Part shown: piece after piece, positions 24,930 to 38,830 of the stretch
Layout of the letters: every line of letters starts with the position of its first letter
Numbering within the stretch: the first letter of the stretch is position 1
Source: Hydrolagus affinis
Taxonomy: Eukaryota
Direction: 5' to 3'
Length of the DNA: 64,000 nucleotides
Assembly (NCBI GenBank): GCA_012026655.1
Contig: JAAILG010000262.1
Location: forward strand, 1-64,000
Program-made: the position numbers and the translations under genes
Notes under the pieces: generated by a model
Database searches by the model: none
What the model was told of the DNA's origin: nothing
What the model saw: the letters and a program-made list of their open reading frames with translations, nothing else

Positions 24930-27900
24930 TCAAACCAGTTGCACGCTTGCAGCCTGAAGGTAGCTTTGCAAATACTGTAAAGCCTCAGCATTTAAACTTG
25001 TGCTGATCATTGATGGCACCTGAAAAGAAAAGTTCACATAATTAATTGCTTTCAAGACAAATGAAATTACAACAGATTACACCACTGAGTAGGAATGAAC
25101 CCCCCCACTACCACACACACTTATTCAGGGGAGCGTTGAATTCATTTACTGTGTGGTCAAAAATGTAAAATAAAAGAATATCCTCTTGGATCATCTGCCT
25201 CACTGAACTTCAGGTGTGCACTGGAAGCAACAAATCTTAAAATGTCTGAAAGTCTTATCACCATTAAGAATACTTGCACTGCATGAAATTAAAAATACTG
25301 GATTGAGTATCTGGAGTTGAAAGAAATGAAAATGAAACACGCAGAAATACCAATACCTACCCTGCCCGGACACGCCGTGGAGAGTTTGTGAAGACATTGA
25401 GCCAGATGGACTCGAGGATTGCTCACTGATGCACCGATTGGATCATGTTCTCTCTTTCCTGCAAAGGCCAGCTGAGAGAAGGCCGTCTGGTAACCAGGTG
25501 CATCCTCAATATCAATGAAATGTTCATCGTCGGGGATGCTGTCATCTTCAGGCAGTTCAAATAAACCAATAAGTGCTTGTAGCAAAGGAGTCCTGTTTTA
25601 CAGAGGATAGGAAGAAATGGACAGGAAAGGAACAGGTTTTACTCTCCATAGCTACTGCAGCTGTCTAAACTAATTCTTAAAAAGAGATTATTTTAAACGC
25701 AAATCTATTTACATTTTTATTGTTCTCCTTTAAAACGGTCTCCATTCTCCCCAGAATTCAGAACTCCATTGAAAAACTAAAGAAAAGCCATCTGTTGTTT
25801 CAACCTATACATTAAAGTCACACTCGATTTCTCACCTCAGTATGCAAAAGGTATCTGGTAACAACTCTTAAGAATGTTTCTCAAAAACCTTTCTATTAGC
25901 TACAGGATATTCTCCAGCCCTCCAGGAGAAACTGACACAAAGCTGTGTTCTTCCAGAAAGGTCTGTGCATTTGACAAGCGCATTGACATAAATGAATGTA
26001 ACTCAATAAACAATGAGCACATGCAAAATGAGATCTTGGCAGACAACTTACCACAGCTTAGTGTAGTCAGTGTCCATCATGCAGGGACATTCTGTAAGGA
26101 TTTTTGTAATTCCTACAGCACAAATCTTTTTCTCAATCTGCCCGGAAACCTTCTGCACCTCTGGAACAACAATCTTTTCTAAAACCATGCCAAACATTCT
26201 GCAACAATGGAATGGGAGTACTTTAGAAAACTGATGACAAACAGGACAACATCTACTAAATACATCTCTCAAAACTGTTAGCAAGAATGTCATTTAATAA
26301 TTGATACAACATTAAATATTTTATGCAGAGAATTCACAGGAGTAAAAAGGGTTGGGGGTACAATTCCACAGGTGGTACTTGTTTTCCAGTATGTTAGTCA
26401 AATAGGTATTCTACGTGAGTGTGTTGAGCTCGTCAATATTCATACACAGACACTTTCCAAAAGTCATTTGGTTAGTGATCAGCAATTGGAACAGTTGGTC
26501 CTAAACCAAGAGATTCAAACATCCTGCCAAACTAATTTAACTTTTAAAGCACGTTATGTGCCAATGGCAATTATGAAGCCACATGAAACCTCCTGAAAAC
26601 ATTTAATTTGTCTAACTATCAATTTGTTCTGTAGCTTTATGCTGCCCTCTGCCAGTGCTTTTTTTGTTAAAAAAAAACTAGAAGTGCTTTTGAGATGCCC
26701 TCCCGATGTGAAAGGAGCTATTTAAGTGTAAATAATTGTTGGCGAAACAGTAACATACTTTGGCTGAATACTGTCGAACATTTCCTGTAAGGCTATTGCT
26801 CCACACTTCACACCATAAAGGTTAACAAACACCAGAAAACCTGTCACAAAACACAAACGCAAATTAGGATAGGAACAAAGAAGCTGGAAAACATTGAATG
26901 CTAAAGATTCAGTCTATGAAGTCATGGTTTTTACTTCAAATTCTAAACAAAGACCTAATTACCAAAATAAGACATCACTTACTTTTGACAAATTTGGTTG
27001 TTTTTGAATTCTGAAGTCGCTGGAAGAGCACAATAAAAATCTGTTTCTTGTATTGATGCATGATCTCCCTGAATATTCATAAAAACAGATCCATTAAGAA
27101 TAAAATTTCTTCAAGGATACAATAATCTAAAACATTGATAGCTATACTTACGGTGGCATGTGCTCAATTACACTGTTCAGCAGGTAGAAGCCTTGATGGT
27201 CATTTGCTTTGGATGCAATTAACTTTTGGAAAACTCCCAGTAACCCTGGCTAAATATCAAACAAAAATAATCAAGAAATATTCATACTTGGCGCACAGGA
27301 TCTTTATTAACACATTGAACAACAACAAAATTACATTTGTATAGCACATCAGGAGTATGTCCCAAGGCTTTGAACAAACGGGTTCGGCAGGATAGTTGTT
27401 TGTACGACTGCGGATATCATAACAAAATACAATACAGGTTGTTCTTTTTGGTCTTATCATGGTTTCAGCACTGAGAAATGCTACTCTGAGAAAAGGGCTC
27501 TATATAATAATACTTGTATTTAATATAGACTTATCGCGTCTTTGAGACGTCTCAAAGCGCTTCACAGAATATACTGTAAAACAAATTGGCTAACTTTTTG
27601 GACAAAAAAATATATAAATTGTTGTTGGTTTAAGCACTTGCAGTTTTTAAATGAAGTTTCACACAATTCCACTCAGCCACTAAAGCGGCTCTGAACCATT
27701 AAGTGTTAAGCCTCAATAACAAATGAGGTACAAAGAAGGAAATAGGTTTCACTTACAATTTTATCAGGTGCCGCTGTAGCTATAGTATTTGCTCCTTTCT
27801 CCAAGAAAGCCTGAAGTAATCTCACAAGAGGTGGGATGTTCCCAACACGCTCCCAGAGGAGTGGTTGCAACAAATGAGGGAAAAGAGCCATGTAGGATGG

Positions 27901-30900
27901 AGAGATATCAGCCGTGTGGATTTCCAGGAGCAGAGACATCACTTGAAACACGTAAGGAAGAAATTCTAAAAGGCAGAAGAGAAAGTAAAGCTTCTCAAAT
28001 GTTTAGTGACCAATTGCAAATTCTGATTCGATAAATGTAATCCTTCTGTGAGAGTAGAAACTCAAACACATTGGAGGACTTTTCAATTTTATTCCCACTT
28101 TATCCAAGTCTATGATATAAAATAAGCTTTCCCCTTGATCCGTTTTGTTGCCCGTCATAAACTCAGCAGGGAGAAGCTCACCTTGCACATCATTCTGCAA
28201 AATCTCTGTAAACACTGGAAATAAAGCTTCTTCAAAACTTGTCACTGTAGTAGGGTTTGCCTTGCAAGTTATCCGCACAGAAAGACAGAGAGACTCAAAC
28301 AGGTAATGGTTAAAATGTGGTTTACTGGGATTCTGGAACAAGAACAAGTTTAAAATGGACTTAGTTTAGACTTCAAAATTATCAAACAGATACAAAACTA
28401 AAAAAAAACTTATTGCCAGCAAAAACTATGTTTCTCTTAACAATGCAGCAACATTCACAAAGTTTACATTCAGCAAATTATTATTATTTTTTAAAAGATT
28501 GATTATTCAACAAAGTAAATTTAAAAACAAGCAGTAAAGAGATGATTTACCTTGCTAACCAACAACAGTTTCTGTGTTAGCTGGCTGATGAGTGTGGGAA
28601 CATACGGGACAACTGCCTCCTGGAGAAGGGAGAAACTTCTCATAATAGCTGTAAATAAAAGAGAAAGGTTTCAGTAGATTTTCTCCTTAATCCATCTTAC
28701 AATTCTATGGGCCAAACATACTTCCTTCGCCAACTAGATGAACAAACTCTGTCCAAATACTTTCTCTGCACTCAAAAACACAACAATCAGCAGGGCTTGC
28801 CTGCCTCACATCCTTTCAGATGGAATGTTCAGTCCAGGCCAATCCACTTCAATTTCCCTTTTCCTTCAAGGCTGAATGTGCACTGAATCGTTGTGAGAAA
28901 CTATCCAGTGTTCAATACAGAGAATTGAGTGTGGAAAAGAGGTTTAGCAAGAGACATATTTAAATTCCTGAGTGATTTAGAAGGCATAATCACTATTTTA
29001 CTTATGAAAACACTGCACGTCAAAATGAAAAATAAACAACAAATATGTTTAACCTTCAGTTCCTAGAGTAATCTGCTAGTAGGCTATGAATGCCATTAAT
29101 TGCTTCTAGGTATCCCAAAAGGTAATCACTTCTGTTTCAATGACAACATGATTCAGATCATGGTGTCAGATACAAAGTTTATCTGTAATAGCAGGAAACA
29201 AAGTTGGAGAAATAGAAGAATATCAGATTTGGCATAGAGAAGCAAAATCCAAGGTGCCTGACATGGAATGCACAACATTAATGGGCAAGAACTGGGTTTT
29301 GCCAATTTGCGTCAAGAACTGCCACTGTTGCTTCGAACCCTCCCACCAAAAAACACCTACAAACTACGTTAATCTAATAAAATAGTCCTCACCTTTCATA
29401 ACATACTCGTTCTCACTTGACCCAGGCAGCGTTAGGGCTTTAAAGAGGTTTGTTAGCAACAGTTCAACCATGGGCGCCAGCTCTGCAGAACAGATTCTGC
29501 AAAGATAAAAATGTCAAGAGAGTTTGTCCAACCACTGAATACTACCCAATCATATTAAAGATTGGGGAGGAATGCAGTCTGTCCCCATACTTATTATATG
29601 CCTGTTTTGCTTTTTTTAAATTAAAAAAACCCACCATAATGCTTGTCCCAGGGGTACAAGTTGTTTTTACTGATCAAGTACTTCAGAGTTTAAATAATAT
29701 GACCCAACACATTCCCAGTGCCAATTTCATAATTTCCAATTCTGATCCACAAAACGGATCAATTTTCTTGTGGTTCTGCTAGGGTTAGTCCTGGTTGACA
29801 TCCTTGTTGATACCTTGTGCAAGGTGATTGACGCATGCTCTTTATTTTCATAACATTTTTCTTCTTGTGTATGTACTACATCTTGTCGTGTTGTACAAGT
29901 TGGAAAAATAACAAGAAAAATCTAAAAGATTTATGTAAACAATACTTACAGAGTAGCATTATCTGGTCCTCTCATTGTGAAGATCCTTTCAAGAGCATGA
30001 GCAGAGTATGTATGAACGACAATGCTCTCTGCTTGCAAGTAGTTAATTAACATGGGCAGGGACACCAAAAGCTGTTCCTTCGGAAGCTGCAAGTTGATAG
30101 TGACGATAGAATTTATTAACGTAGAATAAAACATTTTGTGTCAATACAATTTACCAGTTTTACAAAAAGAAAATAATGCTTTTGAATGCTAAGATCAATT
30201 GGAATATTAAGAGCAGAAAGGGATACAGAGAAAGGGCAGGAAAATGTGATTAAAAAGAATTACCATGATGTAATACATTGGCAAAATAGACTTTGGCAGG
30301 TGGAATAGACTACTTCTGTGCAGCACAGAATATAGAAGTAATTGATGAAGTCAACACCCGTTCGGTACAGAAATAAAATATTTGTACCTGACTCCTAAAG
30401 ATCATGACGTATTTAATAGCGTCTGCTTTCAACACAGGAAACTCGTTCACTAAAAAAGGTAAAAGCACATGATAAAATCAATAAAGGGCCGAATTACTGG
30501 AGTTGCAAATGTCTAACAGGAAGTTTTGTTGCTACCAGCAAAGAGGCGCAAAAAGCAGGACGATTATTCCATTGCATCAAATTTACAGGTTTGCTTCAAA
30601 ATGTTAATCAAACTTACTTAAATAACGTCAACTATTTCAAAGTAAAACTTACAGTTCGAGTAATAGGAACACAAAACTTGATATAAATATAGCTCAAAAG
30701 CACATGTACAATTTTGTTACAAAGTAGTAATTTATTTCAACTCACGATTTGGTGATTTTAAGTCAGATAATATGTGATTAATGAAGAAATCTGTTAAATT
30801 TACAAGCTCATTTGCTTGAGTTATTCCATGCTGAAAACGGAAATAAAAAATTAGCTCACTGATGAAATACAAACCAAATCGTATTTGGTTACATAATACA

Positions 30901-33900
30901 GAATAATTCAACAGCAAAACAATACCTTTTGAGTTTGAGCTTTGGAGGCAAGCGATGTTACCAGATAAATTGCAGCATCTTTATGTTTCCAATTAACGGA
31001 AGGATTTTTTGCATATTGCTCCAACATGGAATTTACATAGCCAGAGAATATTGCTGTAACGGGCCCTTCAAAGTATTTACAAAGACCTCGCACCAGATCA
31101 CAAGCTGCTCGTCTCCTGGTGTCAATGTCTGCAAAGAAATGTCATTTAATAAACAACAGAAGAGGGGATACGATAGTATTTACTACAGAATATATGTTTT
31201 TTTTAAATAAAGAGTTTCAATTTGCACATTAAATGGTTTTACTCACGCATTTTTTATAAATCCACTATTTCTGTGGGGTGGAGGGGATAATCTTGCTTGA
31301 CGTAATTCATATCCACTAGCTTTTGGCTCAATGTGAAAGCCAAATAACTTGCTTAAATATATTTTACAATGCTTCAGCATTTTGAAGACCTCAATCGTAT
31401 CTATCCTTACTTCAAGGTTCAATAAGTAAACCCACATTGTACCATTCAGCACATATGCTTAAGTTTCACCCACAAAATATAGTCAATTCACTTTATAGTA
31501 CATTCCACAAAAGACATGAAAAGTGCTGTATCAATTGCAAGGACTATTATAATTGTTGAATTTTCTTTAAAAGGGAAATATTCAAAACACAACAGTGATT
31601 AACATGTACGTTAAAACCAATAAATGAAAGAAATATCTGTGTGGGCAACGACTGTTTGTAACTAGACAATCAGTCACAATGAAATAACTCTTGACAATTA
31701 CCTGAGCCTTCTACATCTCTTCTTATGTACTCTTCGGAATTATCCTCGAAGGCCTCTTCATCAGCAGCTAGAACCAAAACACATGTTGAAATTTCCTCAA
31801 GGGCCTCAGATATCCATCATCAATCTCCATTGGAATTTTTCTGTTGAGACTCAGAAGTTTTGACTTCATTAAAAACGTCCCTTAGGCAAATTTAAAGCAT
31901 TCAAAACAGTTCCCAAAAATGTTTTAAGTACTGTACATTCAATTGAAAAATCAAGATGGAAATCTTGGCAATATTTCGACCAACCATGGTGGTGTAAAAA
32001 CATTTAACGCAGTGTTCTTGATCTACCACAATAGAAATTGTAAGGTCACATACAATTTGCTCTCCCATTTCTCCACTTCTAAAGGCAGGGCCTAATGCTG
32101 TTCCCTGGGAACACACTATTCTCCAGCACCTTGAACATAGACAAGGATTGTTGTCAGCCAATAAAATCAGAGCGAGCATCAAAAACAAGCAAGATCTTAT
32201 CCTAAAGTGACCTGCAGGGTTGTTGGAAGACTGCTTAAGAGCTGCAATTTGAGTTGAATTCTCCTCTCTACCCCTGGGACACCCCTACTGTTCCAGCCAA
32301 GATCAGCTGACAGTCTCAGACTAACCATCTCCAGAGGCCCTTTGTTTCCATCCCACACCAAGCAATGCATTTACCCAACAAGTCACCAGAGAACATACAT
32401 GCAATGCAATACATAAAGCATGGTATAACAGATTACCTCTAAATTCCATGTTTGGGACGATAACTTTTTCACAAATGCTGGTTAGTGTATTCTGGTCTTC
32501 AAACAGATGCTTGTAGTGTGGTCTTTCACAAACAGATGCAAGGAATTGGATAGCATTGCTCACCAGCTAAAAGAATGGAATAAAGAGCAGTATTTATATT
32601 TTAAATAAAAGCAAATCCCCAAGAGAGTACTTGGAATACAAAAGTTTCTTCAGATACACATTCATCAGTTCTAATTTTGACAACGACCTAGCTTAGTTAC
32701 AAACCCTTAACTGTCCAGCACCTTGGTACGTCCTTCCAAAGTGAAAGGCACTAAACAAATGTAATCTGCTGCTATTGTCAAGTAAGTCCTCAACAATCCT
32801 GCATCAGTACATACTTTATCTATTTTACAGAAAAGCAGATTGAAAAAACCAACATGGAAAGACATTTGGGCATTATCCAAATAGTTGGTTATATTATTTG
32901 GATACCCATGTTCATATCCCTACCACTCATATCCATGTCAAGTTATCACACTCCATAATTGTAAGGACAGATTAAGTCTGTATCAATACCATTTTATATG
33001 CAGCCACAAGGGGGTGTACGAGAGCTGCACCAACGCTAACTTGGATTTGGCATCACTTTCATTTCACCACTCCATGGCCAAAGGTTTGAGCAAAATCGAG
33101 TGCCTTTTTGCCCCCCAAAAAATAAAAGAGCCTTTCGGGGCTTTTATTTGTCTTCATTAATAAATTCTATCTGCAAACTCACCAAATCATATTTCACTTC
33201 CTGTCCAGTTGTAACCAGTAGATTCCAAATGGCAGTCACAAACTGGGGTAGGTAGGGCTGGAATTCCTCATCGTATTTTTGAGCATACAGTGCAGCATTG
33301 TCACAGATTTGGGATTTCAACAACTCCAGCAAACCAGCTTCTTCTTCATCCTGTAGGAGTTGGCAGGGAACTGTTATACCAACAAACAGGCCAGGTCCCA
33401 CTGCACCACACATTTTTAGTTTTAGTATCCTCCATATTATCAAGTATTCTCACACAACCATATTGAAATCCCAATGATTGAATGGCACTTTGCACGATGA
33501 CTACACAACAGTAGTGTTTGTTGAGATGCACGCTATTTATGAATGGTCTGTGTTAAATTTACAATTATACATACAGAGTATTTGGAAGTTTCAGAAGAGA
33601 TCCTGACAAACAAATTCCCAGGCACAAATGATTCTTGAAAAAGTTATGAATATATTTCAGCAGTACTGTGCTTAAAAAACCCTTGTGAATTATATAGAAC
33701 CCTGTTATGATAATTGAGGTGCATAAAACCTCAACAAGCACTATAAAAAGATTAAGATACTCTCGGTGCTTCCACATACATAGTGCAAGCAGCAGAAAGA
33801 CAATCTGCTCCAATGTCCAACGATGCTTCAAAATACATGATCATATAATCAAAATCCCTTCATTTAATACTAGATTCATATTGAAAATGCATAAATTAAC

Positions 33901-36546
33901 AGCATTTCTCTTCCCCCCCACCTTCCCCAGTAAAATTGTTTTTGATCAAAGCAATTCAAAAAAATAGTAATACACTTAATAGATCTAGATATTCTGTAAA
34001 ACCTGAACCACTTACATCAGTCTGCAGTAATTTATTGTCCAAAGTAAGTAGACTATGAAAGTTGGTCATCCAGGTTTCCATGTTGTCCTCAAAGAACTCT
34101 GGCAAATCCTACAGAATAGAAATTTTTAAAATATTAACTCTCAAACAATTTAATGAAAGGTAGTTCACAACATTTCATCTGAAGTGTTGACTTACTTGAA
34201 AGTTTAAGCTGTAGAACAGTTTAGCAATCAGAACCAAGGAAGAGAAGAGAACTTTCAAAGCATTGACATCCTTAGCATGTGTACGGCAGAGCTCGATAGT
34301 TGTCTGAAAAAGTTCAAGGATATAATAAATTAATAGAACCTGTAGAACTTTGCTGACAAAATAGGGAATATTTCTGATACTTAAAAATGCCAGTTCTGCA
34401 TACATTTCATATTATTCTTCAATTTGATTTCAGATACTGATTAATGAGAGTCACTAATAAATCTCAGAATAAATCTGCAAGGCTCACTATCGTAAAATAA
34501 TAACACAATGGATTTGAAAAATAGAAGAAAATATTCTTCTCCAAAGAGTTTAAAATCCAGACACTCGATGTACAATAGAGAAGTGATACTTACCTTGAAG
34601 AGTACAGTTAGGGGCTCTGCGAAAGTATCCAACACTAGCTTAATCTCTGTCCACAGTTCATTTGATTTAAATTCGTGGCGATACCTTATGACGTGAAAAG
34701 TAGACAAGAGGAACTGATTTTTGTTCTCAACGTCAAAACAAAAATATCAAAATACAATTTTAAACAAATAAAAAACACCAGCCACATCACCCCAAACAAG
34801 ACCAATACCTTTTAAATAAAGAGTGCGCTGTTCGAAGTACTCCATTAATAACATGAAAGTCTCCAGTCTGGAATCGGTTGATCATCTCTGTTAAAAGATG
34901 TGGCCATTTCTGAGGGAAATCTTCATGGCCAATGATACTAATAGCATCACTCAGCTAAAAAGAAACAATATATAACATCATGCAGGGTAACACCCCACAG
35001 TGCAACCCTGTGAATAAACAAGGTTATTCAGAAGATTGAAGATAATTGATAAAACTAAAGAACAGAAGGAAATACCTGTTTCTGAATCTGCTCAGGACTG
35101 CTCAACATGAGGTTCACAATGTTAGCTTTAATAGCCACTCGGTCTGCCTCACAGATCTTGTTTGGCTCATCTTCAATCTGAAGAACAAACAGACATGTTG
35201 TCACATTCCTGAACTCTAAAGTATACTCCAAATGATTGGTTTATGCAGATTATACTTGCACGTATTTAGCGGATCAGTTATTTACATCAGATTGTACGGT
35301 GGTATTGCTCCAGTTGTTCATTTCCAACACATTCATAAGCATTTTGTTTATCTTAACTTCTACCTTTCTACAAAGCATTGGAGGTTTGAATTCAATTATA
35401 TGATTAATATGACAATATGACTATGACACATTGATCCGCGAGTTACTTACAATTCGCCAATTTCTTTTGATGTAGTTTTTGAAAGTTACACTTGCACACA
35501 CTTTCATGACAGTGTCTGGAGACTTCTCAACAAGAGTCAACAGCAGTAGCGGGTAGTTCTGGCTTGCCTCCACAGACTCGAGAAACTTTTCAGCTAAGAA
35601 ACAATGTTTGTACTTCAGTTATGCAGACAGAAGAATCCTGAATGAGTTCCCTCAGGTTTATTGTTCATAGATTTTATTCTTCAACCGCCATGTGCAGCCG
35701 CAACCTGATAGGATTACTATCATCAATTTCCATTTACATTTTACAAAGCTGTACTCAGTATGATTTATGTAAAAGCGTAACTATATAACTTTGTTGAGTT
35801 GTCTCCATTCACTAAATATTAAATCACGGACGAAATTATAACATTTGAGGAAGAAGCCCTGTGTTAGGGGAAACAATCCCGACAGAAGAGTATATCCATC
35901 TTCTCATGAAGTTTAAAATAATAAAAAAAAGCAAGTTTAAAATTATAGCATCTTCTCAACAAGAGTTCTCAACTGTTGTTGCATATTTCTTAAAAGTTAA
36001 CTTGAAACTATAGGAAGAAATGTGGAACCAGAGAGTCAAACGTTTGTTGTTAAAAAAAAAAGTACCAGACTGGAGTATGAACAGGTGAAAAGGTGTTTTC
36101 TAACCATAATGTATGGTGAGAAACAAAAAGGTTTAAAGTTGATATCATCAATTGTAAGGATCATCATTCCACTTTAAGCCTTCAAAACAGAACTGGATCA
36201 GAACTGGAATCAATGGAATGGAGCCATGGGGTCTGTTTAATAGTTTTGGCATATCAGCGTTTCGCATGTGTAAAGCTGTAGCCTTTTGTTTTTTTTTGCT
36301 GTAAGCTGCCTGACCAAGAGATTTGTTTTGTATACAAGTTGTAGCTTGTACACATTTAGATAACTTATATTTCTGATTACATATTACCTCAGCATACATT
36401 TCAAAGAAAGTTCAACTTAAACAGCCAATCACTTTAACGACGTTTCAATCAAACTAATTACCTGGTCTCCTAACAACAGGATCAGGATCAAGAGTCTTCT
36501 TCAGGAATCCAGACAGCAATTGTAAATTGGCATTACTGAGATCCAT
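24930..36546 (-). CDS. CSE1L: Exportin-2 (CAS, chromosome segregation 1-like), 24 coding exons, 971 aa
   Basis: Exons (minus): 36546-36462, 35593-35451, 35177-35076, 34954-34809, 34684-34594, 34303-34196, 34108-34016, 33350-33183, 32566-32437, 31767-31702, 31128-30926, 30830-30746, 30449-30388, 30086-29950, 29496-29393, 28648-28551, 28332-28182, 27965-27757, 27249-27152, 27068-26983, 26840-26759, 26198-26052, 25592-25361, 25019-24930 (2916 nt, in frame). MDLSNANLQLLSGFLKKTLDPDP at the start, DIDTRRRAACDLV internally, LQSYLQAASVQLV* at the end. Confidence 0.97.
32080..32320 (-). mobile_element. Highly diverged ancient SINE-like repeat
   Basis: gtcagctgatcttggctgg...taggggtgtcccaggggtagagagg resembles, from recall, an old shark/coelacanth repeat. 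A weaker similar stretch lies at about 40120-40380(+). Confidence 0.35.
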
Positions 36547-37029
36547 GTTCACAAATCTGAAATAAAAAAATAAACCAATTGCTATGCTCATTAATATTTA
36601 GTAACCATTTACCATGTATGTAGTAATACAGCACTTACAAATCCTTAGTAAACTTTTTTTTTTACTGAATGCCAGTCCCCTTTCTCTCCAAAATGTATAT
36701 ATTCAACAGCATTGATAACACCGACCAACAACAACAACAACAAATTACATTTATAGAGCGCCTTTCACGTCGGGAGGACGTCCCAAGGAACAGAGATGTT
36801 TTCAATAGAGATGCCTCCGCTAGGAAAAGAAAATAAGACACACCTTGACAAACAACTGCAATGATCCATCAACATTAGGCTTATAATAATATATCAAACC
36901 ACATCACTTATGCAAGTTCTCCTTTGGACTGCGGGTATATTCTAAAAATACTGTGACTACTCATGTCAAGTCAGAATATTTGTGCAGGCTGACTTAAGTT
37001 TATAGGGTAAACTTTCGACCAGAAGCCCT

Positions 37030-37210
37030 GTGTTAGGACTTGAGACTATCATTTAGGACCGACAGTGTAATGTGGTGCTTGGAAAATCACATATTTTGGA
37101 TAAGAGCTTATGCAAAGTGTTTATTTAGCTTTCAGAAGGATACTCATGATCCCATGACACTTTCAAAACGAGAAGTGAATTTCTTATGACATCTTTACTA
37201 ACAACCCACA
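37030..37210 (+). mobile_element. Degraded DeuSINE-like fragment
   Basis: ggacttgag...ttttggataagagc...gatcccatgacactttcaaaacgagaag. Confidence 0.4.
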
Positions 37211-37518
37211 TAGTTACACATTCATACCTATGATAATAGGCAGTATACTTATCCTCCAGAATAATTTTAACAAATAGATAACATAATGGTTATCTAAGAA
37301 AAACTACACTTTCTGCACATCAAAACATACCGTACTTGGAAACGCAATAAAAGACTGAGTGGTTTTCTAAAAATGTTGATAAAATTATCAATAAATGTTA
37401 TCTTTGAACCCACCAACTCTCCGAAATAGATTACATTAAACAAAAATAATAAAATTACATTTATAAAGAATGTCTCCCCACGTGAAACTTTAAACAGCAA
37501 CAAGATCTTGAATTTACA

Positions 37519-37730
37519 TAATAATCCTTGCATTTGATATGGCACTTTTTCACGTCTTCTAGACATCCCAATACATTGTTAAGTGGATTGATTGCGTATT
37601 TGTGGGCGAAATGCGGCAGCCAATTCAGCATAGCAGTGTCCCACAAAGTTGTGGATTGAAATGACCGTTATTACTATGGTGTTTTTTTGGAGGGAATATT
37701 ATTAGGCGTGTGGAGTAAGGAAACTTGCCC
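37519..37730 (-). mobile_element. SINE truncated by the assembly gap
   Basis: Family tail and body up to ggagtaaggaaacttgccc, then the N run. Confidence 0.85.
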
Positions 37731-37830
37731 NNNNNNNNNNNNNNNNNNNNNNNNNNNNNNNNNNNNNNNNNNNNNNNNNNNNNNNNNNNNNNNNNNNNNN
37801 NNNNNNNNNNNNNNNNNNNNNNNNNNNNNN
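37731..37830. other. Assembly gap (100 N)
   Basis: Run of n. Confidence 0.99.
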
Positions 37831-38029
37831 GTAGGGGGACCTGCTCGACTCACGTGTGAAGCGATGAGAGCAGACAGACAGACCAGGGGCAGGTGTGGCC
37901 GGCTCAGGCCTCCCTCTCTGCGGGGGGTGAGTCGGTAGGAGCAGCGCGGCTCTCTCCGTCATTGTGGCCAGGCCACTGCCGAGCAACCTAACTACCCACT
38001 CTCTCCCCTTCCTGTGATTGACTGACTGA

Positions 38030-38245
38030 TTCGATTGACAGCCACGCCAGCCAATCACACAAGCAGCGCCCCTCCACACACAACGTGCTCCGACTCCCAG
38101 CCAATCAGAGCCGCGACCAAGCACGTTACGTCAAGTTAGGTTGATGGCCCCACCTCTCCCCTCGGCTAGCGGTGACTAAGACCGCCCCCCTTCCCCCCCC
38201 CCACCCTCCCTCCCAGACCGAATTTGAATTGAATTCAAACGGCGG
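38030..38245. promoter_or_regulatory. Second promoter-like motif cluster in CSE1L intron 1
   Basis: Two AGCCAATCA boxes about 50 bp apart (near 38049 and 38099), TTACGTCA (ATF/CRE-like), and palindrome TTTGAATTGAATTCAAA (38223-38239). Confidence 0.45.
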
Positions 38246-38676
38246 ACGGTTGGTCAGTCAGTTAGTGAAGCTGTGAGGGGCCGTCCCGTCACTCCCGCCG
38301 TGAGAGGAGAAGCCAGGCTTTCCTCACCCGACCACGGCAACACAGGCCCAGGTGTCGGTGAATATGGCACGGGAAAAAAGGACTACTGGAGTAGTTTTGA
38401 AAGAACCCCACCCCACCACTCAAACGGACACCGTTAAAACAGGCGACGACCCAGCGAGGGAGGGAGGGAGCGAGCGAGCGAGGAGGAACGCACGCGGGGC
38501 GGACAGACCGAACCGACCCAGGCCAGGCCGGCACGTGAAAAGAAGCCAGGGCCTGACTCCGGCCCATGACACCGCCACTACTACCGTCGCCACGACCGTC
38601 CTCGTCCGGTCTTGACCCATGTGAGTCTGAGCCGCCGCCGCTGTTGTAGCCGCCCGTCAGCTCGCCCACCGCTCAC

Positions 38677-38830
38677 CTACCTGTTTAGCTCTATCTGTTT
38701 GAATCGAGAACGATTGGTGGCCGGTGGGGAGCCGTGTTCAAACCTCGGGAAAATGGCGCGCTCGCCGACTCGCGCATGCGCCCGGGAGGGGGGAATGGGG
38801 GCAAGGGCTCCTATTGGGGTGCGCATGCGC
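38677..38830 (-). promoter_or_regulatory. CSE1L: CSE1L CpG-island promoter and non-coding first exon
   Basis: Two NRF1 palindromes GCGCATGCGC (38772-38781, 38821-38830), CCAAT boxes (38713-38717, 38813-38817), YY1 site CGCCATTTT (38750-38758), CHR-like TTTGAA (38737-38742), donor CAG|gtaggtgag after 38681. Lies in a CpG-rich block at about 37830-38830. Confidence 0.75.
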
